The position numbers were made by a program, and so were the translations under genes. The notes beneath the pieces were generated by a model. That model saw only the letters and a program-made list of their open reading frames with translations, was not told where the DNA came from and did no database searches. 32,000 nucleotides of DNA, taken from positions 3,210,001-3,242,000 of the forward strand of contig CP001848.1 of NCBI GenBank assembly GCA_000025185.1. The letters are read 5' to 3'. This stretch comes from Pirellula staleyi DSM 6068. Its GTDB lineage: Bacteria > Planctomycetota > Planctomycetia > Pirellulales > Pirellulaceae. Positions 7,920-15,321 of the stretch are shown piece after piece (the stretch's first letter is position 1; every line of letters begins with the position of its first letter).

Positions 7920-9086
7920 GTGAGTGACGAGCGCGACCAATTGACGAGCCAATTGAAGGCCGAAGCCCAGCGGCTCGGCTTTGCGCTCGTGGGGGTAGCG
8001 CCAGCAATTTCACCTGCGGGATTCACCCATTTGCGCGAGTGGATTGCGCGGGGCTATGCGGGAGAGATGCAGTATCTCGAAAAACGGCTCGAGGCGTACG
8101 CGCATCCGCGGCATGTGCTCGATGGTGTGCAAAGTGTGGTGATGCTGGCAATGCATTATCGGACAGCTGAGCCCCGTGAAGTGGTGCCTGGAACTGGTCG
8201 GATTTCGCGCTACGCGTGGGGCGATGGTGACTATCACGACATTATTCGCGAGCGGCTCGACAATCTTGCCGATTGGCTCCAAGAAAAACGAGCTTCAGCA
8301 GCGGTGCGCGGGGTGGTCGATACGGCGCCACTTCTGGAGCGTGAACTGGCGAGTGTGGCCGGACTCGGCTGGACCGGAAAGCATACGCTGCTCATTAACC
8401 GCCAAGCAGGGAGCTATTTTTTCCTCGCAGCGCTGCTGACGAGCGAAGAGCTGACAACCGATCAGCCGCACGAGCGCGACTTTTGTGGTAGCTGCACGGC
8501 ATGCCTCGAAGCGTGCCCGACGCAAGCCTTTCCGCAGGCGGGTGTGCTCGATGCGAGCCGCTGTATTTCGTACCTGACGATCGAGCTGAAGGGGCAGATT
8601 CCGCGCGAGCTGCGCAGTGGCCTACAAAACTGGATTTTCGGCTGCGATGTTTGCCAGGATGTTTGCCCCTGGAATCGTTTTTCGCCTGTCGCCACCGAGA
8701 TTGTGTTTCAGCCTCGCGAGGGAGAAAACCCGGCGGACTTGCTCGCTCTGATTGCCCTGGACGACGCCGCGTTTCGCACTCAGTTTCGTGGCACGCCGCT
8801 GTGGCGTACCAAGCGTCGCGGCATCGTGCGCAATGCGTGCGTGGTGCTCGGAAATCAGCGTGAAACGCGGGCTGTGCCGCAGCTCATCCAGCTGCTGCGC
8901 GATCCGGAAGCGATCATTCGGGGCGCAGCGGCATGGGCCGTGGGAGAAATGGCGTCGCAGCTGGAGAGCGACCTGGCGCGTCAGGCACTAGCGGAGCAAC
9001 TGACGCGCGAAGAAGATCCTGAAGTTCGCGAGGAACTCGAGTGGGCGCTTAGCCGATTTTCGCCTTCAGCTCGGTCAGAAGCTTGA
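7920..9086 (+). CDS. queG: tRNA epoxyqueuosine(34) reductase
   Basis: Two ferredoxin-type clusters ('CGSCTACLEACP', 'CDVCQDVCPWN'), 'CISYLTIE' and a C-terminal HEAT-like repeat ('LLRDPEAIIRGAAAWAVGEM'). GTG start at 7920. Confidence 0.9.
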   Translation: MSDERDQLTSQLKAEAQRLGFALVGVAPAISPAGFTHLREWIARGYAGEMQYLEKRLEAYAHPRHVLDGVQSVVMLAMHYRTAEPREVVPGTGRISRYAWGDGDYHDIIRERLDNLADWLQEKRASAAVRGVVDTAPLLERELASVAGLGWTGKHTLLINRQAGSYFFLAALLTSEELTTDQPHERDFCGSCTACLEACPTQAFPQAGVLDASRCISYLTIELKGQIPRELRSGLQNWIFGCDVCQDVCPWNRFSPVATEIVFQPREGENPADLLALIALDDAAFRTQFRGTPLWRTKRRGIVRNACVVLGNQRETRAVPQLIQLLRDPEAIIRGAAAWAVGEMASQLESDLARQALAEQLTREEDPEVREELEWALSRFSPSARSEA

Positions 9087-9933
9087 TCGCGTGGCCGATT
9101 TCGGCCTTTTGACGAGCAGGCTCTTGGGGAATTTCGCGCTCAACGGTCAAGGGACCGGTGTAGCCGATTTCGCCGAGCGTACGAAGGTAGGTTTCCATAC
9201 CGACGTCCCCTTCGCCGAGCGGCATTTCCTGGCCCCATTCCTTGCCAGGATTGGCAGCCCATTTGCCATCTTTGCAGTGCACGCTGCGAACATACCGGCC
9301 CACTTTACGCAGTGCCTCGATCGGTTCCCCGGTGCCATACAGAATCATGTTGGCGGGGTCGAAGTTGATGAACAGGTTATCGCGCCCCACGTCGCCAATG
9401 AACTGCAGCAGGCCGTCGGCGGTCTCTTGTCCCGTCTCGAGGTGCAGTGCTTGTTCGTTGGTTTTCACGTAGTCGCACAGGTCTTGCGCCACGGCGATGA
9501 TTTCTTGATACAGCGGATCGGTGGTGTCGTGCGGCACAAAACCGATGTGCAGCGCCACCACCTTACAGCCGAGAAGCTTGGCGAAGTCGGAGATTTCTTT
9601 CATCTCCCGGACGCGAGCAGCGCGGGTCGCGGGTGGAACGAGTCCCACCGTGCGCACCACGGTGGGGATATCGGCGTAGCTCTCTCCCTCGAAACCACCG
9701 AACACACAGGTGAGCTCGATTCCGAACTGCTTCAGCCGGGCGAGGAATGCTTCAGCCGCCTCTTTCGTGCGGGTCTGTTCGTGCGGGGCATGGATCTGAA
9801 TGGTCGGTACACCCAGTTCATGGGCGACTTCCAATTTCACACCGAGGCCGGCATCGACACTCGTAAACACTCCCAAAGGCCATTTCTCCACGAAACCATC
9901 TCCTGGACATGAGTTAGCAAATAGACGGGACAT
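9049..9933 (-). CDS. Sugar phosphate isomerase/epimerase family protein (xylose-isomerase-like TIM barrel)
   Basis: 'ALHIGF', 'LHLETGQE' and 'INFDPANMILYG' are metal-ligand-type blocks typical of the AP-endonuclease-2/xylose-isomerase-like TIM barrel family. The start is ambiguous: ATG 9933 (294 aa, chosen), ATG 9996 or GTG 10044. The longest form adds 'MGLFFRRPLL...'. Confidence 0.8.
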   Translation of the reverse strand: MSRLFANSCPGDGFVEKWPLGVFTSVDAGLGVKLEVAHELGVPTIQIHAPHEQTRTKEAAEAFLARLKQFGIELTCVFGGFEGESYADIPTVVRTVGLVPPATRAARVREMKEISDFAKLLGCKVVALHIGFVPHDTTDPLYQEIIAVAQDLCDYVKTNEQALHLETGQETADGLLQFIGDVGRDNLFINFDPANMILYGTGEPIEALRKVGRYVRSVHCKDGKWAANPGKEWGQEMPLGEGDVGMETYLRTLGEIGYTGPLTVEREIPQEPARQKAEIGHAIKLLTELKAKIG

Positions 9934-10088
9934 GAGAGGGCTCGAAATACGCGAGTCGTTCTTCGTCGCGTGCGAGCAGCTGACCGGCGCGGCCATTGTC
10001 GAACCGGTAGTAGAAAGGAGTGGTCGCCGAAAGAAAAGGCCCACGTCTCGAGGAGAGACATGGGCCTGCGATTTATCGGTGATACTCG

Positions 10089-10108
10089 CCCCAGCTCGAA
10101 GGCTGGGG
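10089..10108 (-). terminator. Stem-loop between the GFO oxidoreductase and TIM-barrel genes
   Basis: ccccagc-tcgaag-gctgggg: 7-bp perfect stem, starting 26 nt downstream of the oxidoreductase stop. No U-tract, so it could equally be an mRNA stabiliser or processing site. Confidence 0.3.
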
Positions 10109-10133
10109 ATGGTGAACTGCTGGTGGCAATCGA

Positions 10134-11930
10134 CTACGAAAGTTTAGCGCCGAGTTTCTCAGCCACTTCCTTCACGACGCTTCCATCGGGAGTCTTGTCG
10201 TCGTTGATGTCGTACCAAGCTTCGTCGAACTGCACGTGACCACCCTTGCCGGCATTCGCCGCGTTAATCGCGACGTTCGACGTGAGGGCGATCACGGCAT
10301 CGCCGAGTGCCACTTCAGCCTTGCAGCGTGGTTGGTTCTCGGGAGCCTTGTTCCGAATGCACCAAGCAAAGTGCTCGATTTCTTCGGTATAGCCGCGGCT
10401 GACGGGTCCGCTGTCTCCCGAAGCTGCTTTGGCGAGGGCAGGTCCCTTGCCGCTGGCTTGGGTGTCGAGCGAAGGACCACCCTTGTCGTTGGCCACGCCC
10501 ACCTTGGTGGTGGTGCTCGAATCCTTGTAGAGCATCACTTCCTGCTCACGTTCGAGGATCAGCGTCCCCTTGCTACCCATCACGATTTCGCCGTAGCCGC
10601 CGAAGCCGTTCCCCATGATCGACGAGTACGTCACGACGATCCGCTTGTTCGGATCGGTGCCGTAGTCGGGAATGCCGGTCTTCGGATCGGGGTAGTTGGT
10701 GAACTTGTCGTAGTAGCCAGGACGGAAGTCAGGCTCGTAACCTGGTCCGGGGAATTCGTACATGCAGTAGACATGATCTTCAGCATGACGATCGGCAGGG
10801 AACGTGTGACGACCACCGACAGCATGCACGCTGAGCGGATGAGCCTTCTTGCCATCGCGGCGCAAAGCGCTGCAGAAGATGCTCGCGGCGTCGAGTTGGT
10901 GGCTACCGAGTTCGGCCATCAAACCGCCACCGGTGCGAGTGAAGAGCCGCCAGCGGCAGAGTTCTTCTAGAGCCGTGTGCGAGCGTCCACCGAGGCTGAA
11001 GCTTTCGTAGCCGTAGTTTTCGGCCTTCACGCCGGCGTCTTGGGCCCAGGCTGTCCACTGCGCAATGCGTTTGGCGAGCCCCAAAGCGCGAGCAGGATCT
11101 TTTTCCTTCTCGGCTTCTTTCTTCATCTTGGTGAGCTGTTCGGTGATCAGGTCGACCTTCTTCTGATCGCCACCGATGTAAGCCATTTCGCCACCTGGCA
11201 GCGGCTGTTGCCAGCTATCAGCGCCAGGCAAGTTGCCACGATGCCACTGGGCACGAATGTGATGCAATTCACCCAGCAGACCCCAGCGAATCAGGTTCAC
11301 TGCGTTGTCGTAGAGCACGCTGTAGTGACGCTGGTGACCCACAGCCAGATAGAGATCTTGCTTGTCGGCAACTCGTCCCATCACCTTGCATTCGGCCACA
11401 TTGTGGGCCATCAGCTTTTCGGTGAGAACGTGTTTGCCGGCCTGCATCGCTTCTACAGCGACGATGGCGTGAAGGAACAGCGGCAGGGCGATGATCACCG
11501 CTTCGACGTTTTCGTCCTTCAGGACGTCGCGATAGTCGGTGTAGACCTTCACCTTCGACTTGGCATCTTTTTCGTCGGCGTAGCCATACTTTTTGATCAG
11601 ACCTGGACGAGCACCCAGAGCGGTGTCGCTGGCCCAGTCGCCGTGAAACGCGCGATGGATGTTGTAGGGGCGAATATCGCAAATGGCGACGACGTTGACG
11701 TACTCGGGGTTACAACCACCGATGAGCACGCTTCCTTCGTCACCCGTGCCGATCACCGCCACGCGTACCGGGTCGGCCACTTTGCCGTAACCGAAGTACA
11801 TGGCACCCAGGCCAGCACCGGAAACTGCACCTGCGGCAATCACTCCTTTGAGGAAGTCGCGGCGCGAAACGCTGAGGGCGTCGTAGTAGTTGTCTTGGCC
11901 AATGGCCTTTTCTTCGGGATTCAGGTTCAT
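10134..11930 (-). CDS. Gfo/Idh/MocA family oxidoreductase with twin-arginine (Tat) signal, 598 aa
   Basis: The Tat motif 'SRRDFLKGVIAAGAVSGAGLGA' is followed by the Rossmann 'VAVIGTGDEG'. I prefer the ATG at 11930 (MNLNPEEK...), with GGGAG 7 nt upstream and an ATGA overlap with the upstream stop. The 58-aa track extension to 12104 is Cys/Arg-rich and overlaps the upstream gene. Confidence 0.85.
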   Translation of the reverse strand: MNLNPEEKAIGQDNYYDALSVSRRDFLKGVIAAGAVSGAGLGAMYFGYGKVADPVRVAVIGTGDEGSVLIGGCNPEYVNVVAICDIRPYNIHRAFHGDWASDTALGARPGLIKKYGYADEKDAKSKVKVYTDYRDVLKDENVEAVIIALPLFLHAIVAVEAMQAGKHVLTEKLMAHNVAECKVMGRVADKQDLYLAVGHQRHYSVLYDNAVNLIRWGLLGELHHIRAQWHRGNLPGADSWQQPLPGGEMAYIGGDQKKVDLITEQLTKMKKEAEKEKDPARALGLAKRIAQWTAWAQDAGVKAENYGYESFSLGGRSHTALEELCRWRLFTRTGGGLMAELGSHQLDAASIFCSALRRDGKKAHPLSVHAVGGRHTFPADRHAEDHVYCMYEFPGPGYEPDFRPGYYDKFTNYPDPKTGIPDYGTDPNKRIVVTYSSIMGNGFGGYGEIVMGSKGTLILEREQEVMLYKDSSTTTKVGVANDKGGPSLDTQASGKGPALAKAASGDSGPVSRGYTEEIEHFAWCIRNKAPENQPRCKAEVALGDAVIALTSNVAINAANAGKGGHVQFDEAWYDINDDKTPDGSVVKEVAEKLGAKLS

Positions 11931-13018
11931 GCTTTCACTCCCTGTTTCGAGCCGCAACAGTTGCGAATGAGTCCGGTTACAAGAAAGTCGAGTCCAGCGA
12001 AGCGCCCCGCGCCGATTGCTGCAAGAACAAACAGCGCGAGCATTTCCACTCCCTGGTAATAGATTGGAGCTGCCCCGACCGAGCCGGGGAATTGCGACAA
12101 ACAAACCGACAGCAGAAACAGGCCAGCGGCTGTCGCTGCAAAGCGGGTGAAGAGGCCGAGGATCAGCAGCACGCCGACAGTGGTGTCGAAGTACGGCACA
12201 AACCAGTCCATGAATTCGCTATCGAGCGGGCGGCGCCCCACTTTGCCGATTTCGAGGCGACCACTCTTTTGGTATTGCTCGGTCGTGGCGAGCGCGTTGA
12301 TGTCGTTTTCGAGGTCTTTCCACAGGTTGTCGATCGTGGGGAGTACCTTCATTTTCAGAGAATTGCGTTCACTTTCGATTTTAGCATCATGGGCCCGGAG
12401 TGAAGCAAGATCTTGTCGCACCTGTTGCTGCGCATTTTTGTCGCGGCGCTCGAGCCCCAGCTGATACTCTTCGATCTCGTCGGAGTTGCTACCAAGCCAC
12501 GCCCGGAGGCGTTCTTCGTAGCTGGTGGCGAGCTTAGCGGAGGCAGCCGACTGATCTTTGTCGAATCCGAAGTGCGAACTGGCCTGCGAGGCATAGCCCT
12601 TCCAGTGAGCCCCCGCCAGTTTGGAATCCATTCGGTAGAGGCCGTCGGCATCCCAGATCATTTTTTTGTACTGAGGTGCCAGCGGGCCTTTGGCAGCAGC
12701 CAGGAAGTAGCTGGTGAAAGGCTTGGGGTCCTGCAGCTTGCTCGTACCTTCGAGGTAGAAGTGGAGGCCGATGCCGAGCCTGAGGGCCACGATCGCCGCG
12801 GCAGCAAGAAATCCGACGTGAAGACGTGAACTGGACAGGGGAATGTCTCCTAGGCAAAAAACATGTGCCGCGTGGCCCGCCGCGCGATTGAATTGCTCGC
12901 CGAGCAAACAATCAAGCCAGCGAAGTTGGCAAAGGTGGGATGAATTTTGGCGAGCCACTGCTGGCCACGTGGCGATATCGAGCGCCCCTTGTACGCAACG
13001 CTCTTCGCCGGTAGCCAA
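11927..13018 (-). CDS. DoxX-family membrane protein with ~150-aa coiled-coil-like insert
   Basis: DoxX-like helices 'IVALRLGIGLHFYLEGTSKL', 'VGVLLILGLFTRFAATAAGL' and 'AAIGAGRFAGLDFLV' are split by a charged segment (12209-12658). The start is uncertain: the track start 13018 is TTG. There is no in-frame ATG before the first helix, where a CTG is preceded by AGGAG near 12842. Confidence 0.6.
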   Translation of the reverse strand: MATGEERCVQGALDIATWPAVARQNSSHLCQLRWLDCLLGEQFNRAAGHAAHVFCLGDIPLSSSRLHVGFLAAAAIVALRLGIGLHFYLEGTSKLQDPKPFTSYFLAAAKGPLAPQYKKMIWDADGLYRMDSKLAGAHWKGYASQASSHFGFDKDQSAASAKLATSYEERLRAWLGSNSDEIEEYQLGLERRDKNAQQQVRQDLASLRAHDAKIESERNSLKMKVLPTIDNLWKDLENDINALATTEQYQKSGRLEIGKVGRRPLDSEFMDWFVPYFDTTVGVLLILGLFTRFAATAAGLFLLSVCLSQFPGSVGAAPIYYQGVEMLALFVLAAIGAGRFAGLDFLVTGLIRNCCGSKQGVKA

Positions 13019-13446
13019 TCAGCTTGCACCGATTCCAAGTCCTCATTATGTCTTGCGACGCACCCTTCGCCAACCGCCTGAGGCGGGAAAAACGGCCCTC
13101 GAGTCGTCAAAATTCGTTCGTCGACCGCTTCCCTCTGCGTCGACTGCCAGGTTTGCCTCACTGGTTTTAACCGCACCAGCCAACCGGAGTTCACCGGCAA
13201 GTTTCCGCTGCGGGCGGGGACCCGTGCGTCATTGAAGGGGTGCAAGGTCGGCTGTAGAATCGCGGGCTTGTGATTTGCCGAGCGCTGGCGGCCCCAGGGG
13301 CACCCCTACGGTGCAACCCACTGGCCGGTTCCCTTGCAGCCCGCTGAACGTTTCTGGCGAGTCCAGTCGTCCTCTTCCCCCGCGTCGCGGGGCACGATGC
13401 CTAGGGCGTCGTCCACAAGCATTTCTCTAGAGCAACACCGCTTCCC

Positions 13447-14736
13447 ATGAGCCAGCCGAAGAACATGGTGGTCGCCCAGAGTGGCGGACCCAGCCCCGTT
13501 ATCAACAACACCTTGCGAGGCATTGTCGAAGCCGCTCGCAACTACGCGAACATCGGCACGGTCTACGGTGCCCGCCATGGTATCGAGGGGGTTCTGAAGG
13601 AAGAACTGCTCGACCTCTCGTCGCAGCATCCCGACGAAATCTCGCTCCTCCGCTATACCCCAGCTGCCGGTTCGATCGGCACCTGTCGCTACAAGCTCAA
13701 GCCGAACCAGACCGAAGATTTCGAGCGCGTGATCGAAGTCCTCAAAGCTCACAACGTGGGCTACTTTGTCTACATCGGCGGCAACGATTCGATGGACACC
13801 GCCAACAAGGTCGCCAAGCTCGCCCACGAGCGCGGACTCGATCTCATCGGCATCGGTGGACCCAAGACCATCGACAACGACGTTGGCGATAGCGAATTTA
13901 AGCTCATCGACCATACGCCGGGCTACGGCAGCTGTGCCAAATACTGGATGCACGCCGTTCAAAACGCGAACGAAGAAAATCAGGGCTCCTGCCCAGCCGA
14001 CCCGGTGCTCGTGATGCAAGCGATGGGGCGCAAGATCGGCTTCATCCCAGCCGCCGCTCGTCTAGCCGATCCGCACCGCGAAATGCCGCTGCAGATCTAT
14101 CTGGCCGAGAGCCCATGCTCGCTCGAGCAGTTGGCCGACAACGTCAACGATCAGCTGAAGCGAGATGGCCGCTGCATGGTGGTGATCAGCGAAGGCTTTA
14201 ACGTGGGGAGTCTCGGCGAACGTCGTGACTCGTTTGGTCACGTGCAGTTCAGTTCGAGTGAAACCACCGTGGCTCAAACCGTGGTGAACTACCTGAACTC
14301 GAAGGGGCTCGCTGCCAAGGGAGCCGCTCGCGGCAATGTCCCGGGGACCGATCAGCGTCACTCGATGGCGTATGCCTCGACGGTCGATCTCGACGAAGCC
14401 TACCGGGCCGGCGAGATGTGTGCGCACCTCGCCACCACCGGCCAAAGTGGCTACATGGCGACGATTCTTCGCAACGAAGGTTCGATTTACAGCGTGCGGT
14501 ACGACAAAGCTCCGCTGGAACTTGTCGCCAACAGCGAACGGATGTTCCCCAAAAACTGGATCACCGCCGCAGGTAACGACGTCACCGACGACTTTATTCG
14601 CTACGCCAAACCGCTCGTGGGCGAAGGGATGCTCAGCCTCCCGATGGTCGACGGCCGCCAACGCCTCACCCGCCTCGAGAAAAAATACGCAACTCAAAAG
14701 CTCGCCAAGTACATTCCCCAAGCGGATCGGAAGTAG
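13447..14736 (+). CDS. pfp: 6-phosphofructokinase, probably pyrophosphate-dependent (PPi-PFK type)
   Basis: 'SGGPSPVINN', 'IGGNDSMDT' (13777-13791) and 'GGPKTIDNDV' (13861-13881) are present. Asp and Lys sit at the two positions where ATP-PFKs carry Gly. ATG at 13447. Confidence 0.8.
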   Translation: MSQPKNMVVAQSGGPSPVINNTLRGIVEAARNYANIGTVYGARHGIEGVLKEELLDLSSQHPDEISLLRYTPAAGSIGTCRYKLKPNQTEDFERVIEVLKAHNVGYFVYIGGNDSMDTANKVAKLAHERGLDLIGIGGPKTIDNDVGDSEFKLIDHTPGYGSCAKYWMHAVQNANEENQGSCPADPVLVMQAMGRKIGFIPAAARLADPHREMPLQIYLAESPCSLEQLADNVNDQLKRDGRCMVVISEGFNVGSLGERRDSFGHVQFSSSETTVAQTVVNYLNSKGLAAKGAARGNVPGTDQRHSMAYASTVDLDEAYRAGEMCAHLATTGQSGYMATILRNEGSIYSVRYDKAPLELVANSERMFPKNWITAAGNDVTDDFIRYAKPLVGEGMLSLPMVDGRQRLTRLEKKYATQKLAKYIPQADRK

Positions 14737-14737
14737 G

Positions 14738-14753
14738 CGGGCCCGAAGGCCCG
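14738..14753 (+). terminator. Small hairpin immediately after the pfp stop
   Basis: cgggcc-cgaa-ggcccg: 6-bp stem with a 4-nt loop, starting 2 nt after the TAG. No U-tract. Confidence 0.2.
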
Positions 14754-14759
14754 TGCAAG

Positions 14760-14778
14760 GGGGCCAGAGGTCAGGGGG
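14760..14778. repeat. Left arm of the inverted repeat flanking the four-helix-bundle gene
   Basis: ggggccagaggtcaggggg. Its reverse complement matches 15295-15313 at 18 of 19 positions. Imperfect complementarity continues inward to about 14790 and 15283. Confidence 0.75.
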
Positions 14779-14835
14779 CGGAGACCAGGGAGAGAAGCAG
14801 TGACAGCAGAGTATTTTGGGTGAAGCTCTAATGCG

Positions 14836-15198
14836 ATGAAAAGCTATCGAGAGCTCAGGGTTTGGCAGTTAAGTGTTGATCTTGCGGTTGAGATCTGCCT
14901 GCTCCTCGAAAATTTCCCTAAGCACGAACTTTTTGGAATTTGTAGTCAGCTTCGCCGATGTGCCGTTTCGATTCCATCCAACATTGCGGAAGGTCATCAA
15001 CGAGATTCCACCAGAGAGTTTTTAAAGCACTTGTCGATAGCCTGTGGATCTCTGGCAGAACTTGAAACACAACTTCTTATCTCTGAGCGACTTGGTTACC
15101 TCAAGCCTGAAAAATTCAGTGACTTCACAGCTAGGCTTCAAGAACTTGGACGAATGATTAACGGACTTCAGAATTCGTTGCGACGAAAACTAGACTGA
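14836..15198 (+). CDS. Four-helix-bundle protein (23S rRNA intervening-sequence protein / Avd-like family)
   Basis: 'YRELRVWQLS', 'QLRRCAVSIPSNIAEGHQR', 'FLKHLSIACGSLAELETQLLIS' are hallmark blocks of this family. The gene is visibly more AT-rich, with A/T-ending codons, than its neighbours. Confidence 0.9.
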   Translation: MKSYRELRVWQLSVDLAVEICLLLENFPKHELFGICSQLRRCAVSIPSNIAEGHQRDSTREFLKHLSIACGSLAELETQLLISERLGYLKPEKFSDFTARLQELGRMINGLQNSLRRKLD

Positions 15199-15294
15199 GG
15201 GTTGATCGGTCAGTTTCACCTCGAATTCTTCAATGGATAGAACATTCCTTCGGTAGATTTTTTCGTTACTTTCAACCGTATTACCTGACCCCTG

Positions 15295-15313
15295 CCCCCT
15301 AACCTCTGGCCCC
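15295..15313. repeat. Right arm of the inverted repeat flanking the four-helix-bundle gene
   Basis: ccccctaacctctggcccc. It pairs with 14760-14778 with a single C/A mismatch and ends 8 nt before the ATG of the HAD gene. Confidence 0.75.
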
Positions 15314-15321
15314 TCCAAACT

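Noticed and set aside
10236-12059. 244-aa and 360-aa plus-strand ORFs
   Set aside because: Both are antisense to the Tat-GFO oxidoreductase, whose frame carries the Tat and Rossmann motifs. They are shadow ORFs.
11931-12104. 58-codon N-terminal extension of the GFO oxidoreductase ORF
   Set aside because: It overlaps the 3' end of the DoxX-like gene in another frame and is Cys/Arg/Ser-rich. It would also bury the Tat signal internally. The ATG at 11930 has an SD-like GGGAG and an ATGA coupling junction.
12843-13245. 130-aa (+) and 131-aa (-) ORFs in the spacer upstream of pfp
   Set aside because: The two ORFs overlap each other on opposite strands. Their translations are Arg/Ser/Pro-rich with no hydrophobic core pattern or motifs, and neither has an SD-like sequence. 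I treated the region as non-coding.
13306-14721. 237-aa and 219-aa minus-strand ORFs
   Set aside because: They are antisense to pfp. The translations are Val/Gly/Asp/His-rich mirror images of the PFK frame.
14836-15198. Possibility that the Avd-like four-helix-bundle gene marks a diversity-generating retroelement
   Set aside because: There is no reverse transcriptase ORF and no template/variable repeat pair anywhere in the window. The flanking genes are housekeeping enzymes.
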